This document shows positions 55,229 through 63,933 of a stretch of DNA of 64,000 bases, piece after piece. The notes beneath the pieces are model-generated. The model ran no database searches. It saw nothing but the letters and a program-made list of their open reading frames with translations, and was not told where the DNA came from. The stretch spans positions 10,227-74,226 of the forward strand of contig WARW01000003.1 of assembly GCA_013387215.1 (NCBI GenBank). The letters run 5' to 3'. Numbering within the stretch: the first letter of the stretch is position 1; every line of letters begins with the position of its first letter. Origin of the DNA: Patescibacteria group bacterium. GTDB lineage: Bacteria > Patescibacteriota > Microgenomatia > UBA12405. The translations under genes and the position numbers were made by a program.

Positions 55229-55323
55229 AAAGAAAAGATGTCAGTTTAGGGATATTAAAGTCATTTTAATACAAATTCAGATTAATTACAAAAGTGGCGG
55301 TTGTTTATGATAAAATACTTTCT

Positions 55324-55461
55324 ATGTCTAAGCAAACTTTTCAACCAAAAACTAAAAAAAGAACCAGAGTTCACGGATTTTTAAAAAGAATGATGTCTCA
55401 TGACGGCCGAAACGTTTTAAAAAGAAGAAGAGCTAAAGGTAGAGCAAAACTAACGGTATAA
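55324..55461 (+). CDS. rpmH: 50S ribosomal protein L34
   Basis: A 45-aa ORF not in the track: [45 protein letters not shown]. It occupies the canonical position before rnpA. Confidence 0.95.
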   Translation: MSKQTFQPKTKKRTRVHGFLKRMMSHDGRNVLKRRRAKGRAKLTV

Positions 55462-55468
55462 TTAGTGA

Positions 55469-55810
55469 ATGCTAAAGAAAATTAACCGGATTAAAAGCAA
55501 AAAAGATTTCGGGGAGATTAAAAATCGAGGGGTAATGTATCATTCCCCTCTTTTTAGTTTTGTATATATAAAATCAGAATTAAACGATCTAACTCATACT
55601 CAATTCGGTTTTATAATTTCTAAAAAGATTTCCAAAAAAGCTGTAGATAGAAATAGAATTAAAAGATTATTATCCTCCAGCCTGCAAGATAACTTAGAAA
55701 AATTTAAAAATAATTTAAAGGGAGTATTTTTAGTAAAGAGAGTGATTTTAGAAAAAGACCAAACGGAAATTAATCAGGAAATTGAAAAACTAGCAGATAG
55801 AATACAATGA
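55469..55810 (+). CDS. rnpA: Ribonuclease P protein component
   Basis: 113 aa and basic, with the KKAVDRNRIKRLL (RNR) motif. It follows rpmH. Confidence 0.9.
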   Translation: MLKKINRIKSKKDFGEIKNRGVMYHSPLFSFVYIKSELNDLTHTQFGFIISKKISKKAVDRNRIKRLLSSSLQDNLEKFKNNLKGVFLVKRVILEKDQTEINQEIEKLADRIQ

Positions 55811-56010
55811 AAAAAATAGTTTTAAAAATACTTGTCTTTTATAAAAAATACCTGTCTTACGGGTATAATTGTAGATTTATCCCAACATGTTCGGAATATA
55901 CATATGAAGCCGTGGAAAAATATGGTGTAATTAAAGGAATGGGTTTAGGAATAAGAAGAATATTAAAATGTCACCCATGGGGTAAAAAAGGAATAGATTT
56001 GTTAAAATAG
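55807..56010 (+). CDS. yidD: Membrane protein insertion efficiency factor YidD
   Basis: CRFIPTCSEYTYEAVEKYG and an ATGA overlap with rnpA. Confidence 0.9.
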   Translation: MKKIVLKILVFYKKYLSYGYNCRFIPTCSEYTYEAVEKYGVIKGMGLGIRRILKCHPWGKKGIDLLK

Positions 56011-56016
56011 TAACTT

Positions 56017-56796
56017 ATGAATATTTTTATTGCACCGTTTGTGAACGCCCTATTTGGAGCCTACTATTTAGTAGGAAACTTAGGTTGGGCAATTATTTTG
56101 GTAACCATTTTAATTAAATTAATTTTGATTCCATTGGTTATTCCCAGTTTAAAAACCGCTCAAAAACAACGATTATTACAGCCAAAATTAAGTAAATTAA
56201 AAGAAAAATACGGCAATGATAAACAAGCTATGGCTAAGGCGCAAATGGATTTGTATAAGCAGGAAGGAATCAATCCAATGGCCGGATGTTTGCCCCAAAT
56301 ACTTCAAATCGCCGTATTACTTTTATTCTTCTCTGCTTTCAATATGGTGACTCAATATTCTGAGGGTAAAGGCAGTATGGATAATATTAATAATAATTTA
56401 ATTCAGAATTTTAAGATCAATCATGATTTTAAATTTGATGTGAACTTTTTTGGTTCGAATTTAACTCAAGTGCCTTCAAAGATTTTTTCACAAGGAATTA
56501 GTTTGAGTTTAGTTTTACCTTTAATCCTTTTATTGGGATCAGGTTTATTGCAATTTTGGAGTGCTAAATTAATGATGCCAGCTCCAAAAGCTGATGAAAA
56601 AATTGCTAAAGCAACTGCTGATAAAGAGGATGATATGATGGCGGCAATGAGAACCCAATCAACCTATCTTATGCCTTTAATGACAATTATTATTGGCTGG
56701 AATTTTTCATTAGGTTTATTGCTGTATTGGTTTGTTAATTCAGCGGCAATGATCGGTCAACAATTAATCTTTAATAAATTTTCAAAAAATAAATAG
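56017..56796 (+). CDS. yidC: Membrane insertase YidC (short form)
   Basis: KLILIPL, QPKLSKLKEKY, GINPMAGCLPQILQIAVLL and the C-terminal LLLYWFVNS. Confidence 0.9.
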   Translation: MNIFIAPFVNALFGAYYLVGNLGWAIILVTILIKLILIPLVIPSLKTAQKQRLLQPKLSKLKEKYGNDKQAMAKAQMDLYKQEGINPMAGCLPQILQIAVLLLFFSAFNMVTQYSEGKGSMDNINNNLIQNFKINHDFKFDVNFFGSNLTQVPSKIFSQGISLSLVLPLILLLGSGLLQFWSAKLMMPAPKADEKIAKATADKEDDMMAAMRTQSTYLMPLMTIIIGWNFSLGLLLYWFVNSAAMIGQQLIFNKFSKNK

Positions 56797-56841
56797 TAAT
56801 ATTGGGGATTAAAACTCAATAATGCATGGTAAAATAGCCCT

Positions 56842-57312
56842 ATGGATAACAAAGAAAGAAATGAAAAAATCTTAAAGATCGCTTGTGATCTTTTGGAAAA
56901 AATGAATTTTGAAGTAGAAAAAGCCTTCGTTGAGGATGTGGAAGGAGAGGAAGATCAAGTTTGGGTGGGAGTAACTGTGAAAAATCCAGGCGGTTTGATT
57001 GGATTTAGAGGCCGAAATTTAGCATCAATTCAAATTTTAATGTCGATGATTGTTAAGACTCAAGTCGATGAAAAGATCAGAGTGCTTTTGGATGTAAATA
57101 ATTATCGCGGTGAACAAAAAGTCAGATTAGAAAATATGGTAAAAAGTTTAGCTGAAAAAGTAATCCAAACCGGAATACCTGTCAGTTTAACTAATATGAG
57201 TTCGTATGAAAGAAGAATTTGCCATATGGCAGCTTCAAATATTGAAGAAATAGTGTCGGAGTCTGAGGGTGAAGGTGAAGAAAGACACGTAGTAATAAAA
57301 CTAAAGGCATAA
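56842..57312 (+). CDS. jag: Jag/KhpB-type RNA-binding protein (KH plus R3H)
   Basis: GLIGFRGRNLASIQ (KH-like) and SSYERRICHMA (R3H), in the canonical position after yidC. Confidence 0.8.
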   Translation: MDNKERNEKILKIACDLLEKMNFEVEKAFVEDVEGEEDQVWVGVTVKNPGGLIGFRGRNLASIQILMSMIVKTQVDEKIRVLLDVNNYRGEQKVRLENMVKSLAEKVIQTGIPVSLTNMSSYERRICHMAASNIEEIVSESEGEGEERHVVIKLKA

Positions 57313-57334
57313 AATATTTATGCTAAGATAGGGC

Positions 57335-58552
57335 GTGGTTGAAATTCGGCAAAAAATAAGCAGTTGGCTGCTTTTCATATTTTTATTTTTAATTCCAACT
57401 CAATTAGGAAAACATTTTTGGCCGGATTGGAGTTATATTTTGGGAATCAGAATCGATTTTTTATCCCCTACTTTGTATTTTTTAGATTTAATTTGGATTG
57501 GATTATTTTTAATTAATTTCAGTTTTGAAAAAATTAAAAGAATTTTAAAATGGGAATATTTTTTATTGACCCTATTTGTGGGAATTAATCTATTAGTAGC
57601 GGAAAATAAGGGCGTGGCTGTTTACCGGTGGCTTATTATTTTACAAATTATTTGGACTATAAATTTTTTAAAAAGCCAAAAAAATGAAGTTAAAAAATAT
57701 CTTTTTAAAATTATTCCAGTTTGGATTATCGGTGAAAGTATTTTAGGTTTGAGCCAGATGGTTTCTGGTGGAAGTTTAGATGGTATTTGGTATTTTTTAG
57801 GAGAAAGAAATTTTAATATTAATACAGTTGGGATTGCCCAAATGTCAATATTTGGGAAAGGAATTTTGAGAGCTTATGGAACTTTTTCCCACCCAAATAG
57901 TCTAGCGGGATTTGTTTTGTTAAGTTTGGTTTTATGGATTAGATTTAAAAGCAAAATAAAAAATAAGGTGTGGTGGTGGACAGTTTGTTGGTTTGGAATT
58001 TTAGGAATTATTATTAGCGGCAGCCGATTAATATGGTTTTTAGCTTTGATTTTGGGATATTATTTTTGCTGGCAAAAGATAAAAAATAAAAAGAAAGCCG
58101 TTGGTATAACTTTAATAAGTTTAGGGGTTTTAATGATGCTAAGCGCTGTAATTATTAATAAATATCCTTTAAATAATTTGATTGGAGGCTGGGATAAAGA
58201 AAGTTTTAGTAAAAGATGGGATTTGAATGTGGCGGCTTTTAAAATGATTCGTGGTTCGTTGTGGACTGGAGAAGGATTAGGAAACTTTATTGTTGAATTA
58301 CCTAGGTACGAAAAGAACAATTCTTTGTTGCAGCCGGTTCATAATATTTTATTGTTGATAGTTAGTGAAACTGGACTCTTAGGTTTAGGACTTTTAGGAT
58401 TAAGCTTAATTAATTTTTATAAAAATAAAGTTGGGAAAATTTCCGATAAATTGATTTTAATTTTGATTTTAATAAGTGGAATGTGGGACCATTATTGGAT
58501 TACCCTGCCCCAAAATTGGTGGCTTTTAACCGTGGTGTTGGGAATAATATAA
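57335..58552 (+). CDS. O-antigen ligase-like (Wzy_C) polytopic membrane protein
   Basis: More than 10 TM helices, SGSRLIWFLAL and QPVHNILLLIVSETGLLGL motifs, GTG start. Confidence 0.7.
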   Translation: MVEIRQKISSWLLFIFLFLIPTQLGKHFWPDWSYILGIRIDFLSPTLYFLDLIWIGLFLINFSFEKIKRILKWEYFLLTLFVGINLLVAENKGVAVYRWLIILQIIWTINFLKSQKNEVKKYLFKIIPVWIIGESILGLSQMVSGGSLDGIWYFLGERNFNINTVGIAQMSIFGKGILRAYGTFSHPNSLAGFVLLSLVLWIRFKSKIKNKVWWWTVCWFGILGIIISGSRLIWFLALILGYYFCWQKIKNKKKAVGITLISLGVLMMLSAVIINKYPLNNLIGGWDKESFSKRWDLNVAAFKMIRGSLWTGEGLGNFIVELPRYEKNNSLLQPVHNILLLIVSETGLLGLGLLGLSLINFYKNKVGKISDKLILILILISGMWDHYWITLPQNWWLLTVVLGII

Positions 58553-58587
58553 ATAAAAAGTCAGGATAGGAATGGTAAAATTGATGG

Positions 58588-59805
58588 ATGTTAAAGAAAC
58601 CGATTATTAATACGGCAGTACAAGTGTTTGGTAAAGGAATTACTGTTTTAATTAGCTTGGTAACAACCGGTATTTTGACCAGAAAATTAGGACCGGATGT
58701 TTACGGCAGTTATACATTAGTAACTTCGGTGTTTATTATTCTTGATTCTTTGGCGGATTTCGGCACAAAAATTATTGGTGTCAGAGAAGCATCTTTGAAA
58801 ACTGGCAAAGAAAGAGAAAATATTTTTATTCAAGCAACCTGGCTGAGATTAATGACTTCAACAATTGCCTTTTTAGTTGGACTTTTGGTGATATTTTTAT
58901 GGAATGGATTTGCGGAAATTAGAATTGAATCGTTAGTTTCTTTATCGATGATTTGGTTCACTTCAATTGCGGGGAGCTTAGAAATCGTGTTTCAAACGAA
59001 ATTGAGAATGGATTTGAAAGTATTAATTGATATCGTATTCCCCTCTTTATTTTTGATTGCCCTTTTAAGTTGGAATAAACCAATTACTTTATTGTGGGTG
59101 TTTGGAGTTTATTTGCTAGCCAGAATCATTAGTTTAGTGTTTGGAATCGGATTGGTACGAGAAGTGTTTAATTTGGAAGCAATTAGATCAATAAACTGGG
59201 TATTTTTGAAAAAATTTTTGAAAGAATCTTGGCCAATGGGAATGTATTTAATCGTATTTGCCGGTTATGACCGGGCTATCGATTCCCTATTGATTCAAAA
59301 ATATATCGGCATTAAAGAAGTCGCTTTTTACGGTTTGGCTTATAAAATCTATTCTAATTTAATCCAACCGGCTTATTTTTTTGTGAATAGTATTTTTCCT
59401 TTGATGTCTTCTGAAACCACAGAAAGAAGAAAATTGTTTAAATCTTCAACTTTACTAATCGTTTTAGGTTTGATTTTACTCATTCCAACAGTTTATTTAC
59501 TCTCCCCTTTTATTATTAACGTGCTTGGAGGCGCTAGTTTTGCACCATCTATTCCGGTTTTAAGGGTGCTTTTAATTGCTTTGGCTTTCTCATATATCGG
59601 CCACTTGGTTGGATTTACTTTGATTGCTAAAGGCGGGCAAAAAGATATTTTGATTTTTAGCTTAATTTCGTTAACAGTGAATATTGCTGCAAACCTATGG
59701 GCGGTTCCCCGCTATGGAATGATGGGTGCAGCGGTGGTGACAGGCATAACTGAAGCTACTAATTGTATTTTGATGAGTTGGAGACTTTGGAAAAAGGCTA
59801 GGTAG
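58588..59805 (+). CDS. Polysaccharide flippase (Wzx/MOP superfamily)
   Basis: 405 aa with about 12 TM helices and an N-terminal VFGKGITVLISLVTTGILTRKLGPDVYG pattern. Confidence 0.7.
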   Translation: MLKKPIINTAVQVFGKGITVLISLVTTGILTRKLGPDVYGSYTLVTSVFIILDSLADFGTKIIGVREASLKTGKERENIFIQATWLRLMTSTIAFLVGLLVIFLWNGFAEIRIESLVSLSMIWFTSIAGSLEIVFQTKLRMDLKVLIDIVFPSLFLIALLSWNKPITLLWVFGVYLLARIISLVFGIGLVREVFNLEAIRSINWVFLKKFLKESWPMGMYLIVFAGYDRAIDSLLIQKYIGIKEVAFYGLAYKIYSNLIQPAYFFVNSIFPLMSSETTERRKLFKSSTLLIVLGLILLIPTVYLLSPFIINVLGGASFAPSIPVLRVLLIALAFSYIGHLVGFTLIAKGGQKDILIFSLISLTVNIAANLWAVPRYGMMGAAVVTGITEATNCILMSWRLWKKAR

Positions 59806-59813
59806 TGTTTTAT

Positions 59814-59892
59814 ATTTAGCTTTGTAATTTGCAGTGCTCGAGCCTTCGTAATATCCACTCAGATACTGCGCGCTTAAATAACAAAGCTAAAT
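59814..59892. repeat. Palindromic GC-core element copy A
   Basis: Arms ATTTAGCTTTGT / ACAAAGCTAAAT (12 bp, perfect) flank the core AATTTGCAGTGCTCGAGCCTTCGTAATATCCACTCAGATACTGCGCGCTTAAATA. Confidence 0.6.
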
Positions 59893-59904
59893 TTATTCCA
59901 TTTT

Positions 59905-59978
59905 TTTTAGATCGTGATTTGCGGTACTCACGCGTTCACTTTGTTCACATGATTCCGTTCCTAAATCACGACCTAAAA
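59905..59978. repeat. Palindromic GC-core element copy B
   Basis: Arms TTTTAGATCGTGATTT / AAATCACGACCTAAAA (15 of 16 complementary) flank the core GCGGTACTCACGCGTTCACTTTGTTCACATGATTCCGTTCCT. Confidence 0.6.
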
Positions 59979-60318
59979 TAATATACATTTGATATATTCC
60001 CCTAGCTAAAATAATGACGTTTTTACAACGTGAAAACCCCTAAAATCAGTACTGTGCTGACATTTTTTTGATAGAAAATTTTTTCTTTTCAAGATTCCCC
60101 TCTCGGAACCAGGTTCGATTTTGAAAAATACCATCTGAACTCGTTTGTATTTACATTAAAAATACTTACATATATCTATAATCACGTCATTACATTTTTT
60201 CACGTTACTCCTTATAATTAATTAGCTTGGTTATGACTATTTTTGGCAAGTAATAACCGCATAATAACCGATTTATTACCGTAAGAAAATAGTAAACATT
60301 TAAACTAAAATAAGTAGT

Positions 60319-63300
60319 ATGAACTCCGATTTACCAAACGCTTTAATTATTGGAATCGGACATTTTGCTGCTAAAAAACTAGCCGAAGAAATTGTAAGTA
60401 AAGACATTAACGTGGTAGGAGTGGGGGAATATGTGGATGGGTTGAATGAGATTAAGAATTTCAATTATTTTGCTAATTTAGAGGAAGTAGAGGGTAATTT
60501 TAATTATGTTTTTGATTTTAACGGGGATCTTGGAGCTTGGAATAATTTAGTGGAAGAAAGTGAAAAAATAACCATAATTTGCATTAATAACCAGTTGAAG
60601 TCAGAGCAATTGCAAGGCCAGTTGAAAAACAATAAGTTGAATTGGCGATTGGTGGAAGCTAATGGAGTATATGGGCCGGGGATGGATGATAATGAAGAAA
60701 GCAAAGATACTGGATTTTTAGTGGCGGCTTTTAAACAAGCAGTACTTAATAAAAATTTATTGCTGCCACCAGTAGAGGATAGATTTAGGTTGTTGTGTGT
60801 GGAAGATTTGGTAGATGCAGTTTTAAGAGCAAGTTTTTTGTCCGGAACTGAAGAAGAAATTTATACGTTAGCGGGAAGTGAAATTAATTCAGAAATATTA
60901 GCCGGCGTTTTGATAAACGAGGCTAAGATGACAAGGTATAAGGTGATGCAAAAAAAGATGGAACTTTTGGAATGGGATGAAAAGAAAATTTTGGAAACTC
61001 AAAAGAAACTGAGATGGCAGGCAAGGATTGATTTTAATGATGGAGTTAAAGAAACGTTGCAATATTTTTTTGTAAAAATAGATGAAGAAAGTAGAAGAAA
61101 ACCTGAGAAAAAAGAAGTGAAGAAAACAGTAATTTTGCCGGAAGTTGAAGAAAAAAGAGAAAGCCCTAAAAAATCATTTGAAGTAATTGTGGAAGAAAAA
61201 ATTGAAGAAGAACCGGTAAAAATAATTGAAGAGGAAGAAGTAAAAGAGGTGGAAAAGCCAATAGAAAAGGAAATAATTAAGAAAGAAGAAAAAAAAGAGG
61301 AACACCCAACTCATATTTTTAAACCATTGTCGTTTGAAGAAAAAAAAGAAGAAGAAGCAGTTTTGGTTGAAGAAATGGACGATTTTAGTCAATTTGTGGT
61401 AAAGAATTCAAACATGAGACAGGCAAGAAGCGAGCCGGTTGAGGAAAGTAAACCAGAAGAGAAAAAACCAGAAATAATAGAAGAAAAAAGAACGGAAAAG
61501 AAGAATAGAAGACCAAGCTTAAAAATAAAAATAAATAAGAAAGCCTTAATTTTTGCGATTGTTTCAGTATTAATTGTGGTTTTAGCCGTGCCAGTCGGTT
61601 GGGGAATCTCGACTTATAAGGCTTGGAAAAGCATAAATGAAATATCAGTTTTGACTAAAAATAAAAAGTATACTGAAGCTGAAAATTTGGGAAATAAGCA
61701 TTTGATTAAACTGAGAACGATTGATGGAAAAATTGACGATTGGGGATTAAATCAATTTGCGGGAATGCGGCATTATCAAACTGTTATTAAAGCGGAAGAA
61801 GAAGCATTGGGACTAGAAAGCAAATTGGTTGAATTGGCCCAATCGGGAGATGAAATAAATGATGCGATTTTTAAAAACAAAGCCATAGATTGGGATAAGG
61901 AATTAAATTCAGTTTCGGGAAATTTAGATGATGTTTCAAGCAAAATCGGAGTGCTTCAAGCCAGACTGAGTGGAGATTGGGAGTGGCTGCCAATGAGATG
62001 GAGAAGCGGACTGCAGAAGAAAATTGCTGACCTGAATCAAGGCAAAAAATATATTGAGTTATCTTCAAAAGCAATAAAAATTGCTCCGGACTTTTTGGGT
62101 TTAGATGGAAAGAAACGAGAATATTTAGTTTTGCTTCAAAATGAAACAGAAATAAGACCTGGCGGCGGATTTATTGGCTCATATGGGCTTTTGAGTTTCG
62201 AGAAGGGAAAGCTTTTAAATTTTGAAATCAAAGATGTTTATGAGGCTGACGGCCAGCTGAATGGACATGTGGAACCACCAGAAGAAATCAAAAATTATTT
62301 GGGAGAAGCCAACTATTATATGAGAGATGCAAATTGGAATGCTAATTTTCCAGATGCAGCAGTTGATTTACAATGGTTTTTAGACAAGGAAACTGGCAAA
62401 AAAGTAGATGGGGTGATTGGAATTAACTTGGGAGTGGCAAGAGCAGTTCTTGGGGCTGTTGGAGAGGTATTTGTCCCTGATTTTAAAGAAAGGATTAATA
62501 AAGATAATTTGTATGAACAAGCAGAATTTTATGCCGAAACAAAATTTTTCCCAGGATCAACTCAAAAGGCAAGCTTTTTGGGAGGTTTAGGAAAACAATT
62601 ATTTGATAATATTCAAAACCTAAAAGCTGATCAGAAATTAAGTTTAGTGGAAGCCTTAATCGACTCTTTGCAAAAAAATAATATGCAGATTGCACTTAAT
62701 AATAAAAATTCTGCCAATGTTTTGGCGGATTTGAATTGGAATGGAGCCATATATCAGGGAAAATGCGGAGTGGAGGGTTGCATTAGTGATTATCTGTATG
62801 TGGTTGAAGCTAATTTGGGAGTAAATAAAGCCAACTACTTTTTGTATCGAACCATGGAAGAAACAGTTGATTTTTCCAACCAATCTTTAAGCCGAGTATT
62901 AAAAATCAATTATGAAAATACGGCTAAAAATGCTAATTGGCCAGGCGGTGACTATAAAAACTATATGAGAATTTATTTGCCAAGCAATGTCAATTTGTCA
63001 CAAGTAAGTTTGATTGATACCAATAATCCAACATCTAAAAAAACATATTCTGATGGGGAGTTGAAAATAAGAGAAATTAATGGAAAAAAAGAAATTGGTT
63101 TTCTGATGACAGTGCCAGTTTCGACCAAAAGAACTGTGGAAGTCAGATATTCAACCGGAATTGATTTGAGTAAAATGAATAAAATTTCTTATGTTAATTA
63201 TTTTCAAAAACAATCAGGTTTTGGAGATACAGGTTTGGTTACTTTAATTTCATATCCACCAGAATGGCAGGCAGTTCAAGTGCAACCTACTGCTAGTTTA

Positions 63301-63372
63301 GTGGGAGGAAAACTATTGTTTAATTCTAAATTGGATCAGGATATTAAGATGGGGATTGAGTTGGACAAATAA
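60319..63372 (+). CDS. Fusion protein: Rossmann/epimerase-like N-domain, Glu/Lys-rich linker, TM helix and extracytoplasmic DUF4012 domain
   Basis: IIGIGHFAAKKL (GxGxxA) and YGPGMDD, then an about 150-aa E/K-rich region, the TM helix ALIFAIVSVLIVVLAVPVGWGI, and the DUF4012-like EYLVLLQNETEIRPGGGFIGSYGLL. Confidence 0.7.
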   Translation: MNSDLPNALIIGIGHFAAKKLAEEIVSKDINVVGVGEYVDGLNEIKNFNYFANLEEVEGNFNYVFDFNGDLGAWNNLVEESEKITIICINNQLKSEQLQGQLKNNKLNWRLVEANGVYGPGMDDNEESKDTGFLVAAFKQAVLNKNLLLPPVEDRFRLLCVEDLVDAVLRASFLSGTEEEIYTLAGSEINSEILAGVLINEAKMTRYKVMQKKMELLEWDEKKILETQKKLRWQARIDFNDGVKETLQYFFVKIDEESRRKPEKKEVKKTVILPEVEEKRESPKKSFEVIVEEKIEEEPVKIIEEEEVKEVEKPIEKEIIKKEEKKEEHPTHIFKPLSFEEKKEEEAVLVEEMDDFSQFVVKNSNMRQARSEPVEESKPEEKKPEIIEEKRTEKKNRRPSLKIKINKKALIFAIVSVLIVVLAVPVGWGISTYKAWKSINEISVLTKNKKYTEAENLGNKHLIKLRTIDGKIDDWGLNQFAGMRHYQTVIKAEEEALGLESKLVELAQSGDEINDAIFKNKAIDWDKELNSVSGNLDDVSSKIGVLQARLSGDWEWLPMRWRSGLQKKIADLNQGKKYIELSSKAIKIAPDFLGLDGKKREYLVLLQNETEIRPGGGFIGSYGLLSFEKGKLLNFEIKDVYEADGQLNGHVEPPEEIKNYLGEANYYMRDANWNANFPDAAVDLQWFLDKETGKKVDGVIGINLGVARAVLGAVGEVFVPDFKERINKDNLYEQAEFYAETKFFPGSTQKASFLGGLGKQLFDNIQNLKADQKLSLVEALIDSLQKNNMQIALNNKNSANVLADLNWNGAIYQGKCGVEGCISDYLYVVEANLGVNKANYFLYRTMEETVDFSNQSLSRVLKINYENTAKNANWPGGDYKNYMRIYLPSNVNLSQVSLIDTNNPTSKKTYSDGELKIREINGKKEIGFLMTVPVSTKRTVEVRYSTGIDLSKMNKISYVNYFQKQSGFGDTGLVTLISYPPEWQAVQVQPTASLVGGKLLFNSKLDQDIKMGIELDK

Positions 63373-63382
63373 ATTTTGTTTC

Positions 63383-63478
63383 GTTTTGAGATTTCCGGTG
63401 TCCTCTAAAAGGACTCGCTTCGCAGCGCTCACGCGTTTCGCTTCGCTCACATGATTGTGCTCCGTAGAATCTCAAAAC
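63383..63478. repeat. Palindromic GC-core element copy C
   Basis: Arms GTTTTGAGATT / AATCTCAAAAC (11 bp, perfect). The core shares CTCACGCGTT and TCACATGATT blocks with copy B. It lies 10 nt after the DUF4012 gene stop. Confidence 0.6.
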
Positions 63479-63545
63479 TTCACTTTATATCGTGCTAAAA
63501 ATTTCTTTTGCTTCGCCAGCATTATTTGATTGATAAAATAGGGAT

Positions 63546-63839
63546 ATGAAAATGAAAAAAGTGGTGGAGAATTTTAGATGTGAAAATTGCGGTTTTGAAA
63601 TGAAAGGCGATGGCTGTACTGATCATTGCTCACAGTGTTTATGGGGAAAACATGTGGATGAAGCAGTGCCTGGCGATAGGTTAAGCGGTTGCAAAGGTTT
63701 GATGGAGCCGATTAGAACCAGCTATCAAAATGATAATTTTAGAATTTATTACAAGTGCACTAAGTGTAATCATGATTTTTGGGTTAGGGAAGGCAAGGAT
63801 GATAATAGAGATAAATTAATTGAATTGAGTGGTAATTAA
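63546..63839 (+). CDS. RNHCP-domain zinc-ribbon protein
   Basis: FRCENCGFE ... CTDHCSQCLWGKHVD ... GDRLSGCKGLMEP ... CTKCNH, a Cys pattern typical of the RNHCP family. Confidence 0.65.
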   Translation: MKMKKVVENFRCENCGFEMKGDGCTDHCSQCLWGKHVDEAVPGDRLSGCKGLMEPIRTSYQNDNFRIYYKCTKCNHDFWVREGKDDNRDKLIELSGN

Positions 63840-63844
63840 TTAAC

Positions 63845-63933
63845 AAGTAAATAAATTTTTGCTACGAATTTTTTTCTCCCTCAATGCGTTACCGCGTTGA
63901 AACTCGTAAAAAATTGTAGCCTTAAATTTACTT
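63845..63933. repeat. Palindromic GC-core element copy D (more divergent)
   Basis: Imperfect long arms AAGTAAAT..GCTACGAATTTTTT / AAAAAATTGTAGC..AAATTTACTT surround the core CTCCCTCAATGCGTTACCGCGTTGAAACTCG. It lies 5 nt after the RNHCP gene stop. Confidence 0.45.

Noticed and set aside
60100-60125. T-loop-like GGTTCGATT, possibly a tRNA or tmRNA 3' domain
   Set aside because: There are no complementary T-stem, acceptor stem or anticodon arm around it, and no tag-peptide reading frame. It is most likely part of a weak palindromic element.
61174-61392. 72-aa Phe-rich minus-strand ORF
   Set aside because: It is the mirror image of the purine-rich Glu/Lys-coding stretch of the DUF4012 fusion gene; poly-F/K composition is an artefact of that bias.
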